In this document: positions 11,191 through 21,657 of the stretch, piece by piece
Layout: every line of letters begins with the position of its first letter
Position numbering within the stretch: the stretch's first letter is position 1
DNA from: Malacoraja senta
Lineage: Eukaryota
DNA: 64,000 bases
Assembly (NCBI GenBank): GCA_038087875.1
Contig: CM075977.1
Coordinates: 80,600,001-80,664,000, forward strand
Direction of reading: 5' to 3'
Program-made: the position numbers and the translations under genes
The notes under the pieces: generated by a model
Database searches by the model: none
Told to the model about the DNA's origin: nothing
What the model saw: only the letters and a program-made list of their open reading frames with translations

Positions 11191-12916
11191 AGAGTTCAAG
11201 AGTTTTATTGTCATGTGTCCCTGATACGACAATGAAATTCTTGCTCTGCTTTAGCACACCAGAACATACGAATACTGAACACACGAATACTGAACAGATC
11301 AGTGTGTCCATATACCATTGCATAAATATATACACACATGAATAATTAAACTGATAAAGTGCAAATAAACAGATTATTGGCTATTAATGTTCAGAGTTTT
11401 GTCCGAGCCGAGTTTAATAGCCTGATGGCTGTGGGGAAGTAGCTGTTCCTGAACCTGGTCGTTGCAGTCTTCAGGCTCCTGTACCTTCTACCTGAAGGTA
11501 GTGGGGAGATGAGTGTATGGCCCGGATGGTGTGGGTCCTTGATGATGCTGCCAGCCTTTTTGAGGCAGCGACTGTGATAGATCCCCTCGATGGACGGGAG
11601 GTCAGAGCCGATGATGGACTGGGCAGTGTTTACCACTTTTTGTAGTCTTTTCCGCTCCAGGGCGCTCAAGTTTCCGAACCAAGCCACGATGCAACCTGTC
11701 AGCATGCTCTCCACTGTGCGCCTGTAGAAGTTAGAGAGAGTCCTCCTTGACCTACCAATTCTCCGTAATCTTCTCAGGAAGTAGAGGCGCTGATGTGCTT
11801 TCTTTGATTGCATCAGTGTTCTCGGACCAGGAGAGATCTTCAGAGATGTTCACGCCCAGGAATTTGAAGCTCTTGACCCTTTCCACCATCGACCCGTTGA
11901 TATAAACGGGACTGTGGGTCCCCATCCTATCCCTTCCAAAGTGCACAATCAGTTCCTTGGTTTTGCTGGTGTTGAGGGCCAGGTTATTGTGCTGGCACCA
12001 TTTGGTCAGTCGCTAGATCTCACTTCTGTACTCTGTCTCGTCCCCATCAGTGATACGTCCCACAACAGTGGTATCGTCAGCGAACTTGATGATGGAGTTT
12101 GCACTATGACCGGCCAAGCAGTCATGAGTATAGAGTGAGTACAGCAGGGGGCTAAGCACGCAGCCTTGAGGTGCTCCCGTGCTGATCGTTATTGAGGCTG
12201 ACACATTTCCACCAATACGAACTGACTGTGGTCTGTGAATGAGGAAGTCGAGGATCCAATTGCAGAGGGATGGGCAGAGACCCAGTTCTGCGAGTTTGGT
12301 AACCAGCTTGGAGGAGATGATTGTATTAAATGCCGAGCTGTAATCAATGAATAATAGCCTGACATATAAGTTTTTGTTGTCCAAGTGGTCCAGAGCGGAG
12401 TGGAGAGCCAGCGAGGTCGCATCCACCGTTGATCTGTTGTGGCGGTAAGCGAACTGCAGAGGGTCCAGGTTTTTGTCGAGGTAGGAGTTGATTTGCGCCA
12501 TGATCAACCTCACAAAGCACTTCATCACCACAGACGTTAGTGCCACTGGTCGATAGTCATTGAGGCACGTCACCTTGCTCTTCTTGGGCACCGGTATAAT
12601 TGATGCCCTTTTAAAAGCAGGTGGGAACCACAGACCGCAGAAGTGAGAGGTTGAAAATGTCCGTAAAAACTCCAGCCAGTTGGTCCGCACAGGTTTTTAG
12701 AACACGCCGGGTATACCATCAGGTCTAGGCGCTTTTCGAGGGTTCACCCCTCTGAAGGATTTTCAGACGTCGGTCTCTGTGACTGTGACTGAAATACCAT
12801 CACAGCGAATGGGGGCTCCAGAAGGCACATCAGTGTTCTCCCTATCAAAGCGTGTGTAAAACGCATTGAGCTCGTCAGGGAGTGATGTTTCGCCGACATT
12901 CGAGCTGCCGACATTC
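11191..12916 (-). mobile_element. Rex1/Babar non-LTR retrotransposon, 5'-truncated
   Basis: VPKK...[17 protein letters not shown]...LDPLQFAYR...[11 protein letters not shown]...[10 protein letters not shown]...KFADD; splits the gypsy TDHKPL motif with duplication GACCA (11186-11190 and 12917-12921). Confidence 0.88.
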
Positions 12917-14200
12917 GACCACAAACCCCTCACCTTTGCCCTGGGTAAGGTCTCCGACTCGTGGTCCGCCCGCCAGCAGCGACACCTCGCTTACATCTCA
13001 GAGTTCACCACGGACGTTCAGCACGTCGCGGGCAAGCTCAACACCGTTGCTGACGCTCTGTCGTGCCCCGCCCTTCCCTCCATCTCAGCCGTAGACCACT
13101 GCATGGACTACGAAGAGCTGGCTGCGGCACAGCGTGCGGACGCTGTGATGGCGGACTACCGCACAGCTGTTTCTGGCCTCGTTGGCCGATGTCCCGTGTG
13201 GAGCCTCGGGCACGATGGTCCTCTGCGATGTCTCCACGGGTCGACGTCGCCCCATCGTCCCCATATGTTAGCGTCACCGGATTTTTCACTCCATTCACGA
13301 TCTGGCCCACCCGTCCATACGGGCGACCTCCGCGCTGGTGGCGGACAAATTTGTTTGGCACGGTCTCCGCAAGCAGGTGGCGGCCTGGGCCCGAGCCTGC
13401 CTTCCTTGACATCCCCACGGGCCGTTTCCTGCATATTCATGTTGACCTGGTGGACCCGTTGCCGACATCCCGCGGCGCCACCCATTTACTCACCGTCGTG
13501 GACCGCTTCACGAGGTGGCCGGAGGCTATCCCGCTCTCGGACACCTCCGCCGCGTCTTGCACTCGGGCCCTGCCGGCCAACTGGATTGCCCGGTTCGGGG
13601 TCCCGTCGGATATCTCCACCGACCGGGGGCCCAATTCACTTCTGCTTTGTGGATTTCCCTCGCTCAGCTCTACGGGGCGCGGTTACATCATACCACCCAC
13701 AGGCCAACAGGCTCGTTGAGCGCTTTCATCGCCACCTCAAGTCGGTGTTGAAGGCTCGACTCACAGGTCCGGACTGGGTGGACCAGTTGTCGTGGGTGCT
13801 GCTCAGGATCCGCACCGCCCCCAAGGAGGTGCTAGCCGCTTCCTCCGCCGAGCTTGTGTACGGCTCGGCCCTGCGGGTGCCTGGGGACTTTCTCCCTGCC
13901 GTCCGAGGGCGGGTGGACTCTGCCCCGGAGTTGCTGGCGACCCTCCGGGAGCGGGCTAGCTCCAGTTCCCACTTCGCGGCAGTTTGCCGGCGGTGCACGT
14001 GCCGTCGGCTCTGCAGCATTGTACCTTTGTTTTCGTTCGCTGGGACGCTCACAGATCCCCCTTGCAGCGAGTCTACGAGGGGCCGTTCCCTGTGTTGCGG
14101 TCTGGTGTCGCCACCTTCACCTTGGACGTGGGGGGCCGGGAGATCGTCTCCGTCGATCGGCTCAAGCCTGCCCATGTCAACGGTGGTCGCGCAGCCCCGA
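12917..14200 (+). pseudogene. gypsy pol remnant (RNase H end, integrase, GPY/F)
   Basis: DHKPLTFAL...RQQRHLAYISEF; HIHVDLVDPLP...VVDRFTRWPEAIPL; ISTDRG; YHPQAN.LVERFHR.LK; YEGPFPV. Confidence 0.88.
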
Positions 14201-14680
14201 CGTAGAGGTCGTCCGCCGGCCGATCCAGCCGCACCGGTTGTGCCTGTTTCCCCCGACCCGGTTATACCTGTTCCTTCCGCCCCGTTACGGTCTCCTGGTC
14301 CTGTTCGGCCAGTCCCTCTTGTTACTCCCGCTCCCTTACGGTCTCCTGGCCCTGTTCGGCCTGTCCCTCTTGTTACGCCCGCCCTGCCTCCGCTGACCAC
14401 ACGTTCTGGTCGCTATGTCCGGGTCCCTACTAGGTTCCGTACCTCGGGTTCTGGGGGGGGTCCTGTAGCAGTACCTGGTGGTGCCTTGTGGTAATCTAAC
14501 CCTAGGGGTTGGCTGAGGGAGTCTCATGAGCGTGGGTGTTCTATTGGCAGTTTGTTTTTGCTGTATCTGTCAGTAACTGTCATTCTAGCGCCACACTTGT
14601 GGAAGTAACATCGTTTTTGTTGGCTGTTTTAGTTTCAAAATAAAACCCTTTGAATTCACTCACTGTCTCGACTCGCCAAA

Positions 14681-15349
14681 AGGGTGATAATGTTGTGAAG
14701 CATCAACCTGTCCCAGTGTTAGCAGACTTTCAGCCTTGTACATGCAGTAGAGCCACTTCGCGGTCGGTGGATGTGGACAACTGGGAATCCCCATTGAAGG
14801 ATATGTTCTTGTGCTCAGATCCTGAATATACAGAGTGCTCTTGGGAAAAAGTTCAGGTACAAGATGCAACTCAACCATTAAATGTGAAAAAAAAAGTTAA
14901 CTGCAATGAAGCATCTTGTTCTATAAGAAATGATGTTGTGGATGGATTGGAGTCCAGTGATCTTTCTGAAAGGTATTTATCAAGTGAAGATGACAGAGAA
15001 ATAAAAGTTAAGAATGGCTCTTCAGATGAGTCTTTTCAACCATATTGGAAGAAGAGTAAGTTACCAGTTAAGAAGTGCAATATTAAAGATGTGAAGAAAC
15101 AATCTGGACAAAAACGTGGCCGGAAACCAAAGTCTAACTTGGAAAGGAAAGATTTTCCCTCCGTGTATCGATGTCAGTATAAGGGTTGCTGTGCTGTTTA
15201 CAGAGGAATTGGCGGACTTAAGAAACATATAAAAGAGCAGCATGAAGAGGAGCGTGAAAGGCCTTGCCCCACCCAGGAGGTAACAAGGTGTTTGTGATTG
15301 ATCGCTACCTGCAGCGCCATGTAAAGCTGATCCATACAGAAGAAAGAAC
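14681..15349 (+). pseudogene. ZNF276: ZNF276 processed fragment, acidic region to zinc fingers 1-2
   Basis: SDLSE..LSSED...SSDESFQPY; YRCQYKGCCAVYRG..GLKKHIKEQHEE.RERPCP; after a 1-nt shift HPGGNKVFVIDRYLQRHVKLIHTE; intronless. Confidence 0.88.
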
Positions 15350-15514
15350 ATCTTTACAGATCAGGAGGAGGTGCAAAGCCTTTGGTCACAACTTCGAAAG
15401 ACAAACCACATTTGATCACCAATCTTGAAGCATTTTGAGCTCTATCGTATGACCAAGGGTCTAGAAAGAGAGAAGCTGAACATTTTGAAACAGCGGGACC
15501 TCTTGAAAGAGATT
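15341..15514 (+). pseudogene. CRACR2A/RAB44-family mRNA fragments, downstream pieces
   Basis: NIFTDQEEVQSLWSQLRK/DKPHLITNLEAF resembles CRACR2A [48 protein letters not shown] resembles [25 protein letters not shown]. Confidence 0.6.
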
Positions 15515-16242
15515 ATCCACAACCCTATCCAGGAAGACAATGACTCAGACCTGGTGGGTAATCAGTGTGATGACAATTAGGACATTGATGACGATGGCAA
15601 TTATGGTGTTTCTGATGAGGACAATTGCTGTTTTGTTCCCAACCCTGACCATATCGATGCCGATGGTGACAGCAGAGGAGACACCTGCAAGGACTTTGAC
15701 AACAACATTCCAGATATCTATGACGTGTGCCCCGAGAACAGCGCCATCAGTGAGACTGACCTGACGACGTTCCAAAGGGGACGATGCAGATCGTTCCTAA
15801 CTGGGTAGTGCGCAACAAGGGCAGGGAGTTACTGCAGACGGCCAACTCTGACCCTGGCCTTGCTGTCGGATTTGAGGAGTTCAATGCCATCAACGTCAGT
15901 GGTACCTTCTACGTCAACACAGACCACAATCTACGGTGGCTTTGTCTTTGGCTTCCAGTCCAGCAGCCGCTTCTACGTGGTGATGTGCAAGCAGGCCACC
16001 CAAACCTACTGGGAAGAGAAGCTGTCCAAACCCACGGATACGCTAGCGTCTAGCTCAACCCCACCACGGGCTGAGAGGGGGGGAACACCTGTGCAACGAT
16101 CTACGACGAGACTGGCAACACCCTCGGACAGGTGCAAACTTTATGGCACAACCCCAATATCGGCTGAAAGGATTACACTGCCTACAGGTGGCACCTGATC
16201 GATTGACCCTAAACAAGCTTCAACAGGATCGTTGTCAATGAA
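15515..16242 (+). pseudogene. THBS2: Thrombospondin (THBS2-like) processed fragment, type 3 repeats and C-terminal domain
   Basis: DLVGNQCD...[13 protein letters not shown]...[25 protein letters not shown]...[16 protein letters not shown]...QTYWE...[18 protein letters not shown]; intronless, with stops and deletions. Confidence 0.85.
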
Positions 16243-16250
16243 GAGAGTGA

Positions 16251-16410
16251 GAACTGGTTGCCGTACCATTGGTTTGATGGACTTTGGGGTACTATTGAAC
16301 TGGTAGCCATACCTTTGGTTTGGTGGACTTTGGGGTACTGTAATACATTATGGCTCTATCATTCTGCTAATCATTGCTCTAATATTTGTGACCATTGTGT
16401 GTACCCACCG
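16251..16410 (+). pseudogene. Retroviral env transmembrane anchor remnant
   Basis: Frame from 16316 reads WFGGLWGTVIHYGSIILLIIALIFVTIVC, just upstream of the PPT; preceded by a ~46-nt tandem duplication. Confidence 0.5.
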
Positions 16411-16450
16411 AGGACTGTGAATGTTATCATGTTTGATAAAAAGGAGGGAA

Positions 16451-16993
16451 TGAAAGAGCTAATAGTCAAATCTAATAGTCAAATCTAAAATGGAGTCGTT
16501 CTTCTACAAAAGCATGGACTAGGAGAAAAGAATGGCTCGGTGCTAAGTCTGAATGACTTTGTAAATTATATGGAACACAATATGGAGGACAGGTTGTCTT
16601 TTTAATAAAGAAATTAAGATGGAATCATGCAGTAATAACATGTGCTTCATTCAAGGCCATAAAGAAGCCAAGATTGAAAAAAATAGCTGACGCTCCAGAG
16701 GTAAGTAATAACTTGTTATTGGATGAGCTTGATTTGGACCCAGCTTTTCTTATATTCTGAAAGGCTGCAGAATCTTTCAGTCATACCATATTCAGACTTG
16801 GTAGGAGTGTTTTACTAATAAGAAAAATGTATAATTGTGCTAACTTTCCTTTGTTCTGAGAGTGGAGCCCGAGAAGCACTGAGCAACGTTTGTGCCACTC
16901 CCATCTGACGAATCAATTAAAGATTGCCATGGTCTTTAACATACCTTTAACAGTTTTTGTTGCTATCTGCTTTATAAGAAACAAACTTTGACA
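16451..16993 (+). repeat. 3' LTR of ERV-like element
   Basis: Preceded by PPT AAAAAGGAGGGAA; TGAAAG...TTTGACA; followed by TSD GTAG. Confidence 0.92.
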
Positions 16994-17109
16994 GTAGTAG
17001 GTCATGGGTAATCTTCAGCGCCATTTCCGTAACCGGCTTCCGTCTCCGCTCCAATCTATGATCTTTGGTCATGGCGTCTATGATCTTTGATCTTTGGAGT
17101 GGACTATCT

Positions 17110-18107
17110 TGCAGTTCTATCACTGGCCGTGCGCAACTTTGGCGCCATTGAGAGGAGGGCGGGTTTAAAATGCCGTTTTCTCCAGCCTGTTGAAATCGAT
17201 CTTTGTCAGGCTGTTTAGTTGCTGAAGAATAATCGCTCCGACATCCGTTTTATCAAGTTGTTTTAAAACTGCGCTGGATAATTTAATAGGAGTAAATTAA
17301 AAATCATCTTCTAAAGCCGTCAACGGGACGGATCTCACGAAACGGGACAAAGCAAGGTACGCCGTTTATTTTTACATATAAACGTGCTTCTTAGGATGCC
17401 TTTAATCAAAATTTCACATTGCGAAAAGGTGACTTAGGCCCCATATGAACCGGCAGTATTTTTCCTGCCGATATGGGGTTTAAATTCACTGCAAGTGCAA
17501 CGTTCCAAACGATCGCGTTCCACAAAAACCCACTCGCAAGATGATTAAAATGGCCATTAATTTACAGGAATTAAACACTAAATTCTTTCCATTTGGCCTA
17601 TAAATTCATGACAATGAGATTTAAAAATCATGTTATATTGTGAATTCTTGTGTGAATGTTATTTGGACACTTAGGCTATTTAAAAATGTTAATCTTTTCT
17701 TAAGAAATGGATAGATGTTTAGATCTAGTAATTGAATTTTGTAATTAGCTACAATTAGGTAGCTAACTAATTATATGCTTTAATTTCAGGTCATCCAAGT
17801 AAGATTGTTTCATATTTGTTTCAGAATGCTTCAATCTATAATAACTGAAAATTTCTTTGTTCTCTTAATTTTTAAGAAAGTCCTTAAAGGCTTTTGACTG
17901 TCCTCGATCACAGCTTTTGTGTTAAGTCAATGGAAAAGCAATAGGGAACAAGATGCTAATTTCCGAGTATGAAAATGGCCATAACTTTTTTAATACTGAA
18001 GATATGAAAGTGAATTATGTGTCAAATTAAACTTCTTTTTATGCTTTATCTGATGGGATAAATTGCAGACTTGATTTTTTTTATCTCAAAATTTTGTAAC
18101 ATTGCTA
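17110..18107 (+). mobile_element. ~1-kb non-autonomous DNA element, left end lost
   Basis: Colinear and similar to 18247-19280; ends TTTTGTAACATTGCTA. Confidence 0.7.
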
Positions 18108-18246
18108 CGCTCAGTCCGCCTGAACCAACCCGATCTCCCGGTTGCGTCAGACGCAATGTGTCCAGTGGACACATTAATTTTCTCCCACTTCAGGTAGCCC
18201 TGGCATTCCCTCTCTCTCTATTCCTCCCCCACCCAAGTGGCACTAG

Positions 18247-19280
18247 TAGGTATGTTACAAAACTTACCTTCAGTCGCACTGTAATTCTGCCACTGGCCGT
18301 GTGTGCGATTTTGGCACCTTTAAGGGGGGGGCGGGGTTAAAACACGGGTTTCTCCTCCCTTGTCCTGGTTAATATTTCGTTGGAGTACAAGCGTTGGCTG
18401 AACAATCGTTCCTAGTGGCCTTTTTTGTTTTTTTTATTTTTATTAAATCGTCAATGTCAGCGCTAGAGTAATTTTAAAAGCAGCTCCTGAAGCGTCAATG
18501 CTGATAACGGGGACGGATTTCACACACGGGACAGGTAAACGAGTGGTTTCTTTAAATGTATAAAAGTGCTTCTTAAGAAGCCTTTAATTCACATTTTTTC
18601 ATGCGACACGGTGATTTTATTCCCCGAACGGCAGTATTTTTGATGCCAATACGGGGTTAAATTCACCGCAAATCAACTTTCCAAAAGATCGCGTTCCAGA
18701 AATCCTCACTCACAAGATGATTTAAATGCCAATTAATTTACAGGTATTAAACATTCAATTCCTTCCATTTGGCCTGTAAATTCATGAAAATTAGATTTAA
18801 AAATTATGTTATATTGTGAATTATTGTGTGAATGTTATTTGGACACTTAGGCTATTTAAAAATGTTCATCTATTCTTAAGAAATTGATAGATGTTTAGAT
18901 CTAGTAATTGAATTTTGTAATTACCTACAATTGGGTAACTAACTAATTATATGCTTTACTTTCATGTCTTCTAAGTAAGATTGTTTCATATTTGTTTCAG
19001 AATGCTTCAATCTATAATAACTGAAAATGTCTTTGTTCTCTTAATTTTTAAGAAAGTTATGGGCTTTTGACTGTCCTCGATCACAGCTTTTGTGTTAAGT
19101 CAATGGAAAAGCAATAGGGAACAAGATGCTAATTTCCGAGTATGAAAATGGCCATAACCTCTTTAATACTGAAGATATGAAAGTGAATTAGGTGTCAAAT
19201 TAAACTTATTTTTATGCTTTATCTGATGGGATAAATTGCAGACTTTATTTTTTAAATCTCAAAATTTTGTAACATTGCTA
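18247..19280 (+). mobile_element. ~1-kb non-autonomous TIR element
   Basis: TAGGTATGTTACAAAA...TTTTGTAACATTGCTA inverted ends; flanks GCACTAG/GCACCAG; inserted in a Penelope fragment (18110-19480). Confidence 0.75.
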
Positions 19281-19499
19281 GCACCAGCTTCTCATTTTCA
19301 CCCTACAACAGCTTACCTGTTTCCGTTATCATCGTTACTTTTTTGCATATCTTTCATTCATTCATTGTTCTTTAATTCTCCACATCATAGTCTATACCTC
19401 GCGTTTCCCTTATCCCCAACCAGTCTGAACAAGGGTCTCTACCCGAAACATCCCCCATTCCTCCTCTCCAGAGATGTTGTGTCTTTCAGCTGTTTAATT

Positions 19500-20400
19500 C
19501 CAAGATTCGGGCAGCGCCTCCCCAACGACTTTTGGCGGTTTGCTGGCGCTCGCGCCCTGGCCCCAGCCCCAGCCCCAGCGCGTGCCCGCCATCGCGGACG
19601 AGCGGGAGGACGAGGACGTGCTCGCTCTCGCGCGCGCTCGCCCCCCCACCCCAACCAACCCATGGGACGCGGTGACGTAACGCCACGCCAACGGCAGCCC
19701 GCGCTTCAGGCGACCGTTTTCTTTTGAGAAGAGCAGTGCTGCGCATGCTCCTCTCAAAATCTTTGTGGTGCGCGCCCGCCCGCACACCAGTTGTTGTTCG
19801 CGCCCGCCCGCCTGTCTGTCTGCTGTTGCAGTTGATTCGCCCGCTAGCAGCTCCCTCAGCGCACGGCCTAGGCCTACACCGACTCCGCCAGGACTCGCCC
19901 GTCGTGCCGGCGCCCAGCTTAAACTCCCACCACCCGCCGTTACTGATCACATGTACGTCGTTTCAAGTTTAAAAACAACGATCTTTAATTCGTGACCTGT
20001 CCAGACTTTGTTTTATCGCGGGAAGTTTGCGTTTATTCCCCTCAAGCAACTGCTGAAAAGTTTTTCGGTGTGTCACATAGAAAGGAAAAGTTCAGATGCT
20101 GAAGCGCAATCCTCTTTATAATTGGTGTAGTTGGTGGTTGCAATGAAGGATTGGTGGAAGGTGATTCATTAATAGCATTTTACATGGAACTGGATAAATA
20201 TTTGAATCATAAACCTGCAGAGATGTGAGGAGGGAATAGATGAGGAGGGATTAAAACGGCCAGGTCCTCTTGCACGGTGTTATTTTGCGATTGTTTTTAT
20301 TATTAATGTTATAATAGGAAGAGTTTTGAGGTATTTGTATACAACGAATATTTGATTACAAGCGCTCGACAACAGAGCGCGAAACGCCACCTCTTGCGCT
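19500..20400. promoter_or_regulatory. CpG island / probable CEP192 promoter
   Basis: CpG-dense 19510-19960; CRE-like TGACGTAA 19673; NRF1-like TGCGCATGC 19740; E2F-like GCGGGAA 20018 and GCGCGAAA 20377; ATTGG 20121 and 20150; CHR-like TTTGAA 20201; ~1.7 kb upstream of the first coding exon. Confidence 0.7.
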
Positions 20401-21657
20401 ACCATAGACTTGTTTTCTCATTGTGTATTTCTGCATTAATCTTACTTTCTGCTTTCTTTCTCTTTTCACTCCTAGAATTTTTATAGAATTATTTTTTGTG
20501 TGTTGGCTGTGCCTGTGATGTTGCTGCAAACAAATTGTTCATTGTACCTGTACCTCACTATTCTTGTTTATACAAACAACTCAATTTGACGTTTCTTGCA
20601 AGTAAAACACACAGTGTTGGAGTGTCAAGAGTGTTTTATTGTCGCATGTACTGAAAGGGAACAATTAAATTCTTACTTGCAGAAGCAAAGCAGGTTTGTA
20701 AACGGCATTCAAAAGAAAATATAATAAATATAATAAATAAACATTTTAAAAGACTCCGTGAGTCAGGCAGCATCTGTGGAGGTAATGGGTCTTGCATTCT
20801 ATGTTTTGGGTTGGATCCCTCAGACTTGATATTTGTTTCAATGTATGTACTGACCAATTTCCCTCTAGGGATAAATAAAGTTGTATCGTATCGTAATTCC
20901 TTCACAAAATAATTGCAACTTGTTTAGCTGTGTAAAGTTCTGATTGTATTATTGAGTGTTTTTTTATTATGAGGATTTGAAATGTTTAAAAACTATTTCA
21001 AAAGTTTTAGAATAAATGTTAATATTATTGACAAAACCACAGCAATTTGTTTTGAACATATTGGCCCCAGTGTTCCTGAACTTTTTTTCCCCTCAATTTT
21101 GTAAGACTGAATTTTTATTCTGTACCCAAGACTTTTTGGTAGTAATTTATGAATTCCATGAGGGCAAATTTCTATTACCTGAACTGTTGTAATGTGGGAG
21201 TCTCCTGTATCTAGGTGTTTAGTGTGGCTGTTTCTGGAGTAACATGTACAGATTTGGTCTCCATATCCAGATTTGGCAGTGAGGAGGTGCAGCAAAGATT
21301 TGTTTTTGTTTCAGTTCTGAAGAATAGTCATTAACCTGAAAAGTTACATTTTTTTACTCGGAAGATAGTACCTAACCTGCTGAATAGAATTGTGTTTTTT
21401 AACATAAATTTGTTTTGTAATAATTTTCCAGAAATTGACATTGTGAAGATTACCAAAGAGAACGAGAGCTTCGGTGTGTTATTTTGAAATGTTGTTTATT
21501 TATTAATATTACATTGTTATTTCTCACTTGGTCAGAAGGGCTACATCTGAACTGAAGTGACACATGTAATCGAAACTTGAAGATACATTGTTTTGCATGT
21601 ATTTAGCATGTTTATTTCTACTTTGCTTTCAGGTGACAATCAAATGCCCCGAACATA

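Larger units (their letters stand above)
6263..14680 (+). mobile_element. Ty3/gypsy LTR retrotransposon, CsRn1-like clade, degenerate
   Basis: LTRs 6263-6506 and 14464-14680; tRNA-Trp PBS TGGTGACCCCG at 6508; PPT ~14447-14460; TSD AGGA/AGGG; gag LKLPVFW...WFAHVEAQF with CHCC motif; protease FLVDxGA, RT YLDD, RNase H, integrase, GPF; frameshifted. Confidence 0.9.
721..16993 (+). mobile_element. Non-autonomous class I (gamma/epsilon-like) endogenous retrovirus carrying host mRNA cargo
   Basis: Direct repeats 721-1273 and 16451-16993 (TGAAAG...TTTGACA); 4-bp TSD GTAG at 717-720 and 16994-16997; PBS at 1276; PPT at 16437-16450; env-like TM remnant before the PPT. Confidence 0.9.

Noticed and set aside
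12866-14494. 542-aa ORF as an intact gene
   Set aside because: Patchwork of in-frame and out-of-frame gypsy pol in GC-rich DNA; the integrase motifs are spread over three frames.
721-16993. The two 550-bp repeats as a segmental duplication or assembly artefact
   Set aside because: TG/CA ends, PBS, PPT and an exact TSD identify them as LTRs, and they have diverged from each other.
19236-19995. Overlapping Arg/Ala/Pro-rich ORFs
   Set aside because: Expected by chance in a CpG island; no recognisable homology.
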